A stretch of DNA of 62,418 nucleotides, counting the filler, from Porpidia crustulata (lineage: Eukaryota): the NCBI GenBank assembly GCA_964255105.1. It is 13 parts of 13 records of this genome, joined end to end, with 100 filler letters (N's around TTAATTAATTAA, not from the genome) between each part and the next. Parts side by side here need not be neighbours in the genome. Positions count along the whole stretch, not along the records: positions 24,185 to 28,885 come from CAXUWE010002010.1; positions 28,986 to 33,684 come from CAXUWE010002011.1; positions 33,785 to 38,478 come from CAXUWE010002012.1; 10 more parts are not named here. The stretch is one strand, 5' to 3'. Made by a program: the position numbers and the translations under genes. Below are positions 24,728 through 38,171 of this stretch, in pieces. The notes below the pieces were generated by a model. The model saw only the letters and a program-made list of their open reading frames with translations. It was not told the DNA's origin and made no database searches. How positions within the stretch are numbered: position 1 is the first letter of the stretch; every line of letters begins with the position of its first letter.

Positions 24728-26551
24728 ATGGCTGTTGACTGCCCTTTCTGCCCTTTTTCTGATCATGAGCCTTATTTCTTAATGCAGCATGTTGAGCTTT
24801 GTCATCCCGAAAATGGAGAATCACCCTTTGTGGTGAAGGAAGGTGCAGGTCGGAAAGTGGTGAGTAATGACGATGATTCCGCAAGCACGAGTGACGCTTC
24901 CTCCAACGAGGAAGAATACATTGAATGTGAATGCGGGGAATCGGTTGTTCTAAGAGATTTCCATAACCACACGGAGCTGCACCGCGATGAAGGCATGGCG
25001 TTGGATGGAGCCGAAAGAAACGTGGTGGGCATAGCTGCTCCCAGAAGTCCTCCACAGACCGGTCCCGCTTCGTTCTCTGGTAGAAATATGACACATTCGA
25101 TCTCAATGTCTGATCTGACTTTGCGCCATGATACACCTTTAGATGTCACTACAGCGACGAAACATCGCTCTCGTGATACACATCTTAAGCAAAAGCACCG
25201 TGCCAATAGATGGAAGAACCTGTTACTGGGTACGAACTCGTCTAAAACCCGGTCCGAGACGGGCAAAAACAAGCATAAGAGTGTTCGAAGATTAGGCGTG
25301 TGTTGTTCCTCTCTTCCTTGGAGACTCGTTTGCTCATGAAGTCTTTAGAGAGCAGAGCTGGGTCCGCATGCCTTTGAAGAGAGAATGCCGGACTGGTTGT
25401 ATAAGCAATTAGAGATCGGAGCCAAAGTCAACGTCGTCAACCAGCTTACCCACGATGGACGAATATACCGCCAGGAGACTGTTGCCAACGAAACAAGAGG
25501 CATTTTGCCAGTACTAGCACAGCTCACCGAACAGGATCGGCAGGTTTCTAGAGGCTTCGTTTGTCACCCGGATGTGCAGCACGTGGTCAAGATGACAAGG
25601 GAAGGGGGTTTTTGTGGCTATCGGAACATCCAAATGATTGTAAGTTCAAAACGAAAAAGTGGAATGCCAGGTTGAAGCGTCGCAGATGCTGAGTGTTGCG
25701 TAGATTTCATTTATTCAGGGCGCCAGATCAGAGGGGAGCCAGTACTTCCAGCAGCACTTTGCAAGAAGGATACCGTCGATACTTCAGCTCCAGGAGCTGA
25801 TCGAGAATGCCTGGGACAAGGGTATCAACGACACTGGCCGAATCGAGACTGGTGGAATCAAAGGAACCAGGAAATACATCGGCACACCTGAAGTAAGGGG
25901 TCTGTCTGAGTAGTGATGATCTCTACTGAACTCTGTGTGCAGGCACAAGCACTCCTAGTCAGCCTAGGCATTGGGTATCTGTTCATAGCCTTTGAAACAT
26001 ATTGCATATACTCATTTATCGTGTAGTTGCGAAGCCAGCGCGTTCAATGATCGCGAGCGACCCCCTGTCTACGGACAGGTTCTTGAAGCGGTTGAGCAAT
26101 ACTTCATGAGTGGAGTAACGGACACCTCTGCAAAGGTTACCAGGACATCGCTCCCTCCTCTGTATTTTCAACACCCTGGTAGGCAAATCTTACCCATCGT
26201 ACAAGCAAGCTTCATTGCTGAACATGTTCCCTAGGACACTCATTGACCATTGTCGGATTGGAAATTCGAAACAGCGGTGCCCGCAACTTGCTCGTCCTTG
26301 ACCCAATGTTCAAGCCGTCACCAGGCATCCACCGATTGATCGGCAACCAGATTCGGGCTCCGCAACCGGAGAAGCTGCTCAAAGCATACCGTAGAGGGGA
26401 GTCATACTTGGGTAGACACAAGTGCTTTGAGGTCCTAACGTAAGCTCCTTGCCTGGGATACCATACGTACTGCTGACGGCAAGCCAGATTGACCGCTCGT
26501 CTACCGCCTGGAGCAGGATGGACTGCGCTACAAGATACTAGGATGCCGTAG
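24728..26551 (+). CDS. Peptidase C78 (ZUFSP/ZUP1/Mug105-type deubiquitinase) with N-terminal zinc fingers; about 6 introns
   Basis: CPFC...HVELCH and CECGE...HTELH fingers. Catalytic GGFCGYRNIQM, LQELIENAWDKG, GTRKYIGTPE, LYFQHPG|HSLTIVG, LLVLDP. Confidence 0.87.
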
Positions 26552-26932
26552 TTCTGAATGATATCGCCAAGAGCATACAGAGACCATTCTCCTTGTATTG
26601 CAGAGATGAATTGGATTGGGATGATGTTTCGCATGGCTTAGCGTGGCGTGGCGAGACTCAATCCATTGCGTAGAAGATCCGCGAGCGGTTTTCGAAGACC
26701 GTCGAAATTTATTTGAGTTTTGTCATTATGATGCCACAGCAAATCAGCAACCACACGGCTGCTAAAGATTATCATACTGTTCCCAGATTGATTGATGGCT
26801 TCTTATAGAACCAACAACTACAAGAGGGCCACTAGCGATATTGAAAGAGCTTGGATTATGATCACTATACCTGCTCTACATTGTAAGTACAGCTTCCCTC
26901 TCCAAACTACATGAATCAAAAAATCAACCCTT

Positions 26933-28719
26933 TCACAATAGCAGCTTCCTCCGCCGAAGCCTGACTTTAACGTCGGTCGCCTGACATGTTACAAGCGAGG
27001 CCCCTGTATGCCTGACCACCCCCCAGCCCTTGGCATCCAAAGGTTCTAAGTCCCATAGTACTAAATGCTTGCCACAAAAGCTATGATATCCCGTTCAATA
27101 ATTCATGCGCATCGCCGAAAACTTTCTGCGTTCCAGCGTCGGCGGTCAACACTCGGCGCCCGTTCTCATTGGGTACAAAGAATCGTGATGGCTCGAATGA
27201 ATGACTCCTACTGACGTATCGTGGATCGTTGAGGCATGCGTTAAGCGGTATAGCTATGAACAAACCTACATTCAGTAGATACGTCACCGATTGCTCGTCT
27301 GGTTTCATGGCGCTAGCTGTCGTGACGAGCCTGATGTCCTGTCTTAAGGACTCGATTCTTACTGGCGCAGAGTCAAGCCGGAGACATTCATAGTAACAGT
27401 ACTTGAGCAGTGGACATGATCCCTCGAGTCTCTTCATGTCCAGCCTCAGCTGCGGAAGTTCTGCGATTGGGAAATGTCCTACAGCCTGTGTGGCTATAGC
27501 AAACGGTGCTATCTCTTCCCGTACCTGGTCGACAAGTTCCTGCGTTGCGCAAATGCGGAGTAGGAGCCAGAATACAATCCTACTGGTCTTGATGTTCATA
27601 CTGCAGGCATGTCAGCTGTTTTCAATCGTGGGCCATCGTAGATGAACGACCTCCAGAGCAGTTCAAGATCACAAGCTCCACGCGTCTCGGGAGATAACTC
27701 ATGTGCACTCCATATGGCATTCCTTTTGGTCATTAATGCGCTCACATCACCCATATCTGCTGTCCAAGGGAAGCTAGGCTCGTCACCCGCAGCGGTCCGG
27801 TCTAGGGCACTATGAGATGCATTGATTCCAATCTTGAGCCGTTGGCGTGCAAGGTGTGCTTTCATTAGGGAACGTATAGCAAACCAGCGAGGACAGCCTA
27901 CCATAAGGTACTTGAAGCCGGCATCGAAATCTTGGAGGTCTTCGAGGAACGAGGGATATTGCTCTACAAAGTCGGATCCTAGCAACGAAGTTGTAACGAG
28001 ACTACCTACAAAATTTCGGACGAGGGAAATCAAGGTAGCTTCAACGTATTGCGAGCCTGGGCTGCCGTCCTTTACGTTCAAAGTGGTCGATACACAGCCG
28101 AACCGCTCCCACAAAGACTGATCAATAACGCTCTTGGAGAATGAGACTAGACTGGGCACATAATCCATTATGGAATTGATAGTTGTGTCTGTAGTATGTT
28201 GAAGGCCGATGTCCAAGCTCGCATGGGACTCTGTTTCGGCGTCCAGGAAGTTATGCTTATGACTCTGATCTGCACCAAAGACTCTGGTCAGGGTATACCA
28301 TGTGAAAGCTTTGTTATCAAATACAGAGTCTTGTTTGGAGAGGGCCTCGATCATTGAGGTAGTGGATATAACGTTGCAAACGTAGCTGAAGATCTTAATG
28401 GAAAATATAGGGAAAATTGATTGATGGCTGTTGCTATTATTACTTACTCAAATCACGGGCTTATTTCAACGCACCTCGAGTCTTCTAAAAATTGAACGGG
28501 ATTCGCTAGCAATGCAAAGAAATGGCCGAGAAACGGGAACCAATATGGCAATAAAGGCACTTTGCGCAAGGCCTGTCCGTCGGTGCCTTTGGATTTGTAC
28601 AAAACGCCACTCCGAACGCGAGTATAGCAGAGAGTAAATATTGTCGACGACAAGAGTAGAAAGACTACCGCCCCCTGACTCTGAACAAGCCGTTCCCAGG
28701 TGATTTCTTCCAAAGGCAT
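26933..28719 (-). pseudogene. Cytochrome P450 (CYP7/oxysterol-hydroxylase-like group) pseudogene
   Basis: N-terminal TM, PLLPYWFPFLGH, ExxR (ECLR) and PSRF are present. The heme motif stops at FGDAHE with no Cys. The downstream ERDIIAFVASI and LVLWDLEP...DVKVRLRRR blocks lie in two other frames. Confidence 0.8.
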
Positions 28720-29422
28720 TTCTGTAGTATTATAGATACGAAGCTCTCCTGCAAATTAGCATTTAGCAGCTCACGAGCTAGAGTAACCAATTAACATGAG
28801 TATTTTTTTTATTTCTTCATTTTTACGTGCTGGCCAGCGACGAAACCCACCTGTACGCGGTGCTGGCTACGAACCTTCTGTTTATNNNNNNNNNNNNNNN
28901 NNNNNNNNNNNNNNNNNNNNNNNNNNNNNTTAATTAATTAANNNNNNNNNNNNNNNNNNNNNNNNNNNNNNNNNNNNNNNNNNNNGTATTGGATAGAGGA
29001 GAGACGGGAATGGGGGCATGGTTGAAGTGAGGCATGATGGAGAGTTTGTGAGGTAGGTGGAGGGTAGTGGGGGAGAAGTGTGTAAAGAGAGAGGATGGAG
29101 ACTAGCAATGTATTGAGTAGAGGAGAGACAGCGCTGCGAGCGTGATGAAAGTAGAGCCTGATGTAAAATGAAGCGAGATGGAGAGTCTATGAGGCAGGTA
29201 GAGGATAGTGGGGGAAAGTGTGTAGAAAGCAGCGTCCAACGCTACGTAGCATTGATTCAAGGTGCGTCAAATCTTTTCCGAAGATACGAATCCTGAACGA
29301 ATAGACTTGTCCACATTCATGACTCGGAAATTGTAGTCCAAGACGCTCAAGTGGTCAACCACGAGTCTCAGACTCCCGCCCTATTTGTCCCAAACGCCTT
29401 GCTCGTAACCAGCATGTCCGCA

Positions 29423-30004
29423 TCATCCAGGTGACCTGCCAACCCTCCTCGGATCTTCCTCGTCATCATCGCTCTCATCCCTAAACCCTCTCTCCAATTC
29501 CACGCTTAATCTTCGCTCCTCTCGAGAATCTCTTCGGACCGCATCCTCGAGTAAACCCTCTTCGAGCTCTTCGTCACCGAGTAGACTTTCCCCGCTGGCC
29601 ATGCTGTTTCGTCGTGAGAAGAGGGAAGGGATGCGATGCGTGAGCGGTTCCAGTAATGAGTATGTGGGAGGAGAGCGTGCACGAACGCGGGTGTAGAGGG
29701 GACGGATGGCGTATACCGCGAGGAGGTAAAGAAGAATGGCGAAGAGAGGAGGGAGGAGGAGGGTCTGTGTCACTGATTAGATTACTGTAGTTGAAAGATA
29801 GCGATAGATCGATCGTACCTTCCAAATACTAGAGCTGCCAGCGCTCATACTTTCACTTCCGTAGCCAGGGGGAGGTGGTGGGATGGAAGGAGGTGGTGGA
29901 GTGGAGGATGATGGAGGGATGTAACCCGGGAGCGAACGCGGGAGACTCGCTTGCTGATTGATATTCGGCTCTGGGTGAATGGTGGCTGCAGTCGGGATAG
30001 CCAT
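29423..30004 (-). CDS. Small single-pass membrane protein of unknown function (1 intron; start at 30004 or 29848)
   Basis: SIWK|TLLLPPLFAILLYLLAVYAIRPLY TM segment and an acidic tail RLSVELERGFRDESDDDEE. GTACGA...CTAAT...ACAG intron. Confidence 0.7.
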
Positions 30005-30558
30005 GGTATATCAAGCCATGCCTATATCTCGGGCAGCAGACCGCATTCGTACAGCACCTTCCACGAGGGTCAGTCAGTCAATGCAAGAGACCACGTTGTC
30101 GTAGGGCTGACATGTTCGGAGCTTGGCCCTTTGCGGACGGCAACCTCGGTCAGGAGCATGTTTAGTGGTCTTACATAAACATGCTGCAGGGGGGTTTATT
30201 CAAGGAGATCCTGATACACAAACTTCTTCCAGTGACCTGAGACATCGACGTGAGAGCCTCGACCCTACGACGGACGGTAACAGTGTTAGGTGAGGCTAGC
30301 AGCTGCTCCATTCACTCAGTTGGACGTCACCCTTCTTGACGATACAACGATGCGAAAACAGCACCAGCCCATTGCCGCAGTCAAAGCGCTCAGAGCCGAT
30401 TGTGGAAGACTGTTGGTGATCTAATAATGACAATAATATCTTCATACCCTAATCGTAATCACTTTGCGAGACCATAGGGAAGGTCTAGGGTCTACTCGAG
30501 CGCTGGAGCAAGAATATTGCGACCGCAACAAACGACAAAGGAGATACGAATTTGGAAA

Positions 30559-33500
30559 ATGCCTTCGACAACACCGCCCGTCGACAGCAAGACCAGGCAG
30601 TCTTCGGGTGGGCGGTCGTTTTTCGGACGGAAAATACATAAGGAAAGGCAATCCGAGTACAAGGGACAGGATGATGGAGGTTCGGTACTAGAAGTCCCCA
30701 GCAACTCTAGCAGTGCAGCGGGATCGCGGTCTTCGAGATACTCGCACAAGCAGTCCGAAGGGTCATTTGACATGGATTCTGGACAAGATCTTCTCGGGCT
30801 ACAGACACCCGGCGGACCGATTACCTCTATACCTTATGACAGCGCGGCGGATGGCAGGGCTCCCATATCCATGGACTACCTGCCGAAAAACGATAAATCC
30901 CCAAACCGCAGAGAACCATTACCACACCATCTCAATAAAGGCGGAGGGGACTTTCACCAATATCCGGCCTGGGATCCTAATGCTCCACCTACGAATGGCT
31001 CCTCCCATCCGACTGGGCCTAGGCCCCCGCCAGGTTCAAACTCGCATTCTTCGCTGAAACCTATCACATCGTACTTCCCGTCGCGCGAGAGTAGCAGGAA
31101 GCCTGTCAATTATCCATCCCCTGGGGATGCTGCTGGCGCTGTCAACGGCTCCCACGGTACTTTCAATTCGAATTCTACCAACGACACGTCCTCCGTTCAC
31201 CGGAACTCTTTTGATCAGATGAGCGTCCTCTCTTCTGTATCTTCTGCTACGCGAGGTTCAAGTATATTCTCCTCCGATAATTCATCTAGGACAGCGATCC
31301 ATGCAGAAACCGCCCAAAGACCTACGACATCGTCACGCCAGTCACATCACCATTCTGGATGGCACCCGCAGCATACTTCAGGCTTCAATTCCACGATATC
31401 CTTCAATCCGGAGGGTTTCAACCTCCCGCGCCCGGCAGATGATAGGATCGTAGAAGAGCAATTCGTTGACCTAATGCACAAGAGAGGGTGGCACAATCTC
31501 CCAGAGCAGGCTAGACGGCAAATGGCGGCATATCCTGTTACCAAAAAGTGGACACTAGTACACCAGGATAGGTTGACGGAATGGCAAGGGGAGCAAAAAC
31601 GAAGACAAAATGCCAGGCAGACTGTTGTTGGCTCCGACGGTCATCAGGGTATCCTTGCTAGGTCTGATGAAGAAGGAAGCCCAGAGTGGTATGTGAGAAA
31701 GGTTATGGATGATTCGATTACCGCGAAACAACTAGGGAGCTTGAGCGTCAGTCTCAGAACGCAGCCCATCAGTTGGGTCAAATCCTTCGTTGAGGCACAA
31801 GGTCAAGTCGCCTTGACCAACGTCCTCGCAAAGCTCAACAGACGACATGCTTCAGGTCCAGCGCCGGCTGCAGGTAATACAAGCGATAAAGATCTTGATC
31901 GGGAATATGACATCGTCAAGTGTCTGAAGGCTTTGATGAATAACAAATTCGGCGCAGACGATGCCTTGATCCATCAGCAAGTCATTGTTTCGCTTACGAC
32001 CTCCTTGATTTCTCCACGCCTAAACACTAGAAAATTGGTCAGCGAAGTTTTGACCTTCCTGTGCCACTGGGCGGATGGAGAGGGCCACCTTAAAGTGCTT
32101 CAAGCTATGGACAACGTTAAAATCCACCAAGGCGAAAATGGACGTTTTGATGCCTGGATGCGAACTGTTGAGGTCACTATCGATGGGCGAGGAAAGATGG
32201 GTAGCAGAGTGGGAGCTAGCGAGGAGGTTCGAAGTGGAGGCATCGGGATGGAGAACCTCCTGATGGAATACGCTGTAGCATCGCTCTTCCTGTTGAACAT
32301 GATCATCGATGCTCCTGAGCACGATTTACAGCTACGATGTCATATTCGGGCGCAATTCACCTCCTGCGGCATCAAGAGAATATTGACGAAGATGGAGGGC
32401 TTCCAGTACGAGGTCATAGACAAGCAGGTTCAGCGGTACCGCGAAAACGAAGCCATCGACTATGAGGACCTTCTCCAACGTGACAATAGCAGCAGGGATA
32501 GCCTTGAGGTAGAAGTTAAGGATATGCATGATCCGGCCCAAATCGTGGAAGCCATCATGTCTAAGGTCCAGGGGACTCGCGCCCAGGATTACTTTCTCTC
32601 TGCCATGCAACATATGCTCCTCGTTCGAGACAACGAAGGTGAGGATCGCCTCCGTATGTTTCAACTCGTCGACGCGATGCTCAGCTATGTCGCCATGGAC
32701 CGTAGGCTCCCAGATATGGATCTCAAACAAAGCCTGAATTTCTCCGTGCAAAGTCTGCTGGACAGGTTGCATACCGATTCCGAAGCACGACAGGCACTTG
32801 ATGAGACTACCGAGGCCAGGCAGATTGCCGAATCTGCAATGTCCGAAAGGGACGAGATGAAGGCAAGGATCGAAATGGGCGCAGATGGTCTTGTGGCGAA
32901 GATGCAAAAGCAGCTGGAAGAGCAGGCATCCATTATTGAACTTCAAGGCCGTCAGAACGAGGCTCTGAAGTCGGAGCTTGCCGATCTCCAAAGGATCCGT
33001 GCGCAAGAGCTGCAACGGAGTGAACTCGAGACCAGAGAGCTCTATCTGATGCTGAGAGATGCGCAAGACTTTGCCGCTTCTATCGCCAAGAAAGGAGTGC
33101 CAGAAACCCTTTCGTCATCAGATCCCAAGAAACTGCAAGGAATCTTGAATCGGCAAATGCTCATGGAGAGGCTGGAAACGCAACTCGAGCGGGCGAAGAC
33201 GCAGTGCAAGTTAGAAGGTAAAGTCTGGCAGCAAGCAGGGCCTTCGGACAGGCTACGAGAACTTCGTGAACAAATGGACGGTGATGGGGAGATTAGGGAG
33301 GATTTTTCCGTTAGGAATTTCAGTGGTTCCACTCTTGGCAGCACCGCGAGAAGCAAGATCTTCAAAGGGCCAAGACGAGCTGCGGCTGATGCTCTAGCGG
33401 TCAGCGAGGAGCTCGAAGAAGACGGCGAAAATGCGGTGATCTACGAGAAGCCTCGACTTATTGAGATGAAGCGACCGCAGATGAGCCCTCAGCAAGCGAC

Positions 33501-33684
33501 AGGGATCCTAGGCGAAATAGCTGCAAAGGTGCGGAAATACGACGGTAGCGAGAGCGACGACGCCGATGGCGATGGTATCACCACTGGACCCTCTCATCCG
33601 AGCCTAGATTCGGATTCGCCAAAGACTCCTTTGGATGATTCGATACCTAAGATTGAAAGCATCTCTAAAGCCGAGCCCATAGCT
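30559..33684 (+). CDS. sepA: Diaphanous-related formin (SepA/Bni1), GBD/FH3 and coiled-coil part; FH1/FH2 lie beyond the contig end
   Basis: Long ORF with KKWTLVHQDRL, SLSVSLRTQPISWV, EYDIVKCLKALMNNKFG, GRFDAWMR, LRCHIRAQFTSCG. Confidence 0.92.
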
Positions 33685-34043
33685 NNNNNNNNNNNNNNNN
33701 NNNNNNNNNNNNNNNNNNNNNNNNNNNNTTAATTAATTAANNNNNNNNNNNNNNNNNNNNNNNNNNNNNNNNNNNNNNNNNNNNGATTTAGAGAGGATGT
33801 GGGGTTGTGGTTACTGTTGTTTTTTTGTTCTTGGCTGGAGGAGCTCGAGGGTTGTTTGAGAGGAGATTGCCTACCGTTGTCTTATTTCGTCCTGAGTCAA
33901 AGGAAAATATCACTTTGCGCTTTTGAGGGAAGGACTATTGAGAGTTGGACTTGCTTTCGGATTTGAAGCCTACCCTGCCACATCACAGCTATGATGCCAC
34001 ATGGACCTCTCCGTTGGCCAATAAATAAATTCCCTCTGGCACC

Positions 34044-34636
34044 TCACGCCTTCTCTTTATTGTCCTTTTCCTTCTTCGACCTCTCCTTTTTCTCCACCCT
34101 CCCCTTTGCGATTCTCTCCAAAATGTTCTCGCGATCCTTATCCAGCTTTAGTTTCGTGATGATGACTTTCGAAGGGTGGATGCCCAGCGGCACCGATTGG
34201 CCGTTTGATTTCTCGCGGGCGATACGCTCGATGTGGACGACGTATTTGAGACGGTAAACGGAGGTAACTTTGCCTTCGCGGCCTTTGTTGGCGCCGCGGA
34301 CGATGGTGACTTCGTCGTCTTTGCGGATGGGTATTGAGCGGACCTAGAGAGGGAGAAAGGTATTCGTTAGTGACTGGTATTCTTCGAGATTTCGCAAGTG
34401 ATTGATCAAAAATCGGATGATCTGGATACGCCCGACGGATTTGGGCTTACGTTGTGCTTTTCTCGTAGTTCCTTGTTAAGAGGGGCGCTCATTATGACTC
34501 GTCGGACACTCGAGGGAGCGCTGAAGTGCGCTTTGCGGGATTTCCTCCGCGAGGAGTGGAGAGCTAGAATTTGACGTCAATTAGCCATACTCACCTTCCC
34601 AAATAACCAATACGTACAAGTATTAATCTTCGTCAT
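34044..34636 (-). CDS. RPL26: 60S ribosomal protein L26 (uL24), 2 introns
   Basis: [52 protein letters not shown]...[12 protein letters not shown]. Confidence 0.97.
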
Positions 34637-34718
34637 GGCGGCGGTATTGTCTACCTAATGATCGCTGATGCAACAAGATATCGATTTCCGAGATGCTACC
34701 AACTTTGTAGAGTGTGGG

Positions 34719-34764
34719 CGCTAAGTCTTGGAGTTAGCGGCTCTTCGATACGGCTAAGCGAACG
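34719..34764. promoter_or_regulatory. Candidate ribosomal-protein promoter element (CGCTAAG ... GCTAAGCGAACG)
   Basis: TAAGCGAACG at 34755-34764. Matches the RPS2 upstream element in sequence, orientation and distance. Confidence 0.6.
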
Positions 34765-35109
34765 GGTACTAGCATCAACGCGGAATTAGATACTGCTCGC
34801 TGATACATCAGTACGATGTAGAAGTAAATCTTGAAGTCAATCCACAGACATGCGCAACCAATTTCGCCAGGATCTTGGCTGCTCTAGATCCCAGTCCAAG
34901 TCTCGCCAACTGCTCAAGTCTGACATCAAACTGTCTCTGGTGATATCTCCCAACTACTAACGCGCGAAAGCCTGCCGTTGCTCAATTCAAGGTATCGACA
35001 TCAGGACGCGATTTCCAAAGGCGAAGCTTACCTTTGAATATGGCCCAAGTAGCGCGCGACTCGTTGAGGACTCTCTTTGCGACCTTTCTCTTTGACCGGT
35101 GAATTCAGC

Positions 35110-38100
35110 ATGTCGTACAATAACAGCAACAACTACTACTCTCCCTACTTTGAACAAGGTATGGGCCAGAAGATGCGCCCATATCCAGATTCTGACGCCG
35201 GGGCGTATCAACGACCGAATTATCCAACTACGAGTCATAGCCAGGCCTCTCAGCATTACGGTCCAGTGAACTACGACTCGAATGCTTATAGCAGACAAGA
35301 GTATGGAGGCATGAAGACAACTAATAATGGACGAACTCAAAGTTCTGGTCTGCGCGCTCCCGTCAATACATCCCTTGGTACCTTAGCATATGCTTCCAGT
35401 CTAGGTCAGAATTCAAGAGAGCAAGTAGGAGCAAGAAACAGTCCTGCTATGCAGCACACCAATTACGATTATTCCTCAACCGGTAACAATCATGACAGTT
35501 CAACATCGACTTCACAGAATAATTATCTTTTTCCGTACAGTCAATCTGAGCAGGTACCTCATCGGATAGCACAGATACCTCATCTGAGTGAACATGATAA
35601 CAGGCGATCAAGCCATCATCAATATCAGCAGCCGTCTCGACCCACCAGCACCGTAGATACGCTATCAACTTCTCACCGAAATCAGCCATCTCACGCGTCT
35701 GCTCAATACAACCAGGCTCAGCATACTGCTCATAAGATCCCTTATCAACCCAATGTGAAGAACAATGATCAATCAGTGTCTGCTTCGTCTGCTTCGTCTG
35801 CTGCTCACGCTACCGAGAAGCAAGCTTCTCCGTCTGTTCGTGATCAGATACCTGCCACTGTTGATCTAGACAAGGTTTTTAACCAGTATGAATATGAGCG
35901 TCGTCAAGCCGCCGAAGTTAGCAAAAAGCAAGCTGTAACCGTCACACCCAACGAGACTGCTGCGACTTCAGATTCAAGGAAAGAGGAACAAATGAAACTA
36001 GAAATGGAGCAGATGATCGTAAAGATGCGGGATTACAAGGCTAAGGATCCGTCTTTGTTCTCACAAATTTGGGAGCAGGTCAAAAAGGTCAGTGATTTCA
36101 ATAGTCATCTGAGATCCTGGACATTCAGGTAACAATGAGCTTTTAGGGCCAACCACCGATCCGATCTTCTTCTCAGCCAAACGTTGATCAATTCCCTCAA
36201 CCAGAATCATCAATCAGCCGGAGTTCTGCTTCAACACACATCGATCCCTTACTCAGTCCCAGTCCTGCACACATAGAACCGGCTTCGCTAAAGTCAGAGG
36301 TTGATCGAGGCAAGTTTCCTGCCCAGAGACGACGGCGTGATAATTTGAAAGCTTCAAGAAAGTCGACAGGTTCCACCAACTCATCTAACGTGGTCAATGC
36401 ACATTCTAAAGCCATCGAGACTTCTTCGACAGTTGATACTCCAGTTGTTACTGCTACATCAGTCGTCGCTTCATCTACTCCGTCAATCGTCTCTGTCACA
36501 TTAAAAAACGCCAAGCCATTGACCCCAACGCTCGCAAATGGACATAGCAGAAAAAACCTTTCAAGTCCCGCTCCTGTCGCCATGATGACTTCGTCTCTGA
36601 GTACTTCAAGCTCGAGTAATGCCAAGATTAATGTAGTTAATCCAGCATCAAAAGGTACGATCTGGCCTGAAGCTCACAAATGGAAATTGGCACATGCTGC
36701 TATGAATGCTCTTAAATCCGCTCCGGCGAATGCGGAAAAGTCTGTGCATGCCAACGACATTCATCAAATACTAAGTCGAAATCCTAGCTACACGGAATTG
36801 TGCGAGACACTTGAGATCCGTGGGTTCGTCGTCGAAAGAGGTCCTTTTGCTCGTACTCTGCTTGCAGCAGTTCCAGATCTTGAATCGTCGTCTCAAAAGA
36901 CAGCTATTCAACAGCCGCAGAGCATCGCACAAACGTTGATGTCTGCAGAACCTGACAGTCCTGCACCACAGCCACAGCCACAGCCACATATGTTCGGCAT
37001 GTTGGTGCCACAAAGCGTACCTCACAGTCCTGCACCACAGACACAGACACAGCCACAGCCGCATGTGTTCGGCATGTTGGTGCCACAGAGCGTACCTCAA
37101 GCCCCTCCCGTTCAATTAATCTCTCCGGAACCGCTCACCAAAGAAGAAATGGCCAGAAAGCGAAGCTTTGGGGATATTGTCGATCTGACAGCATTATCAG
37201 ATGACGACGGTGTTCAGTCGTCTCGAAACGACGATGTAGCTACTGATGACCTGGCTAACTCAACGACAATGTCCACATCTCTTCCCTTAGGTAATTCGCG
37301 AAAAAGAAATATCGAAGACGTTAATCGTAATTGGGATCCTTCAGTAAATGAAATATCTAGAATGGATTTCTCCCGATTCAAGAATGCTTCTTTATCAGCT
37401 GCTCAAGCGAAACGAGAACACTTTCGATTTGCTAATGTTGTACGCCCAATGAAACGCAACGACGCTCTCCGACGATCAAAGTACAATCCCAAAACAATCT
37501 GTAGGGATATTCTCGTGTCGTCAGGAAAGCATCCCACAATGAACTCTCTGAATCATCATCTTCAAAATTTGCAGAAGAATTTCTATGATGTCGATAGCAA
37601 TTCAGATCTGAGCACTTTCAGGTGGGATATCGTCGATCCTGGAGGCGAGATCGTGACATCTCAAGTCAAACTTCAATCCAGCAAAGCAGTCCAGATTGAT
37701 GACAATCACGATGTTGTAGGACCAATAAACGGTATCAGTCCCCCCAAGAAGAACTTCGAGACTTCTCGTAAAAGGCGGAAAGATCTTGTCCCCGACACTC
37801 GTCTCACGCTAATTGAACTTAACGATTCTGAAAACCGCGATCCGTCTTCCTCCCATCAGAGCGCCCCAAAAGCAACTCTCACTCCGTCAGTCCCTCAGTC
37901 CGAGAAAAAACGTCCAGGGCGTCCTCCTGGCTCCAAAGATAGTATGCGAAGAAAAAATGCAGCAATCCGTCACAAGGGAAACCTATCAGTACGCACTGGA
38001 CGTTCCAAGTCAATTACTGCGAGTACAACGCCTATTATACCTAGCGGGCTGAGGCAAGTTATGACTCCGAGGAGCAGTATCGCAGTGGTAATTGAATCGC

Positions 38101-38171
38101 GGTCGCCTAGTGTGGTTGAACAGAGTCAACCTGGATCTGTACAACCACGGAGGGAGGTTTTGCGGTGGTGA
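35110..38171 (+). CDS. Large low-complexity nuclear-type protein with an AT-hook; 3' end appears frameshifted or truncated (1 intron at about 36088-36146)
   Basis: Structured blocks KMRDYKAKDPSLFSQIWEQVKK, NPSYTELCETLEIRGF, YNPKTICRDIL...SDLSTFRWDIVDPG. AT-hook KKRPGRPPGSK. Confidence 0.7.
36955..37098 (+). repeat. In-frame tandem duplication (69 + 75 nt) encoding SPAPQxQ..HxFGMLVPQSVP twice
   Basis: Direct comparison of the two units. They differ mainly in the number of internal CCACAG/ACACAG hexamers. Confidence 0.9.
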
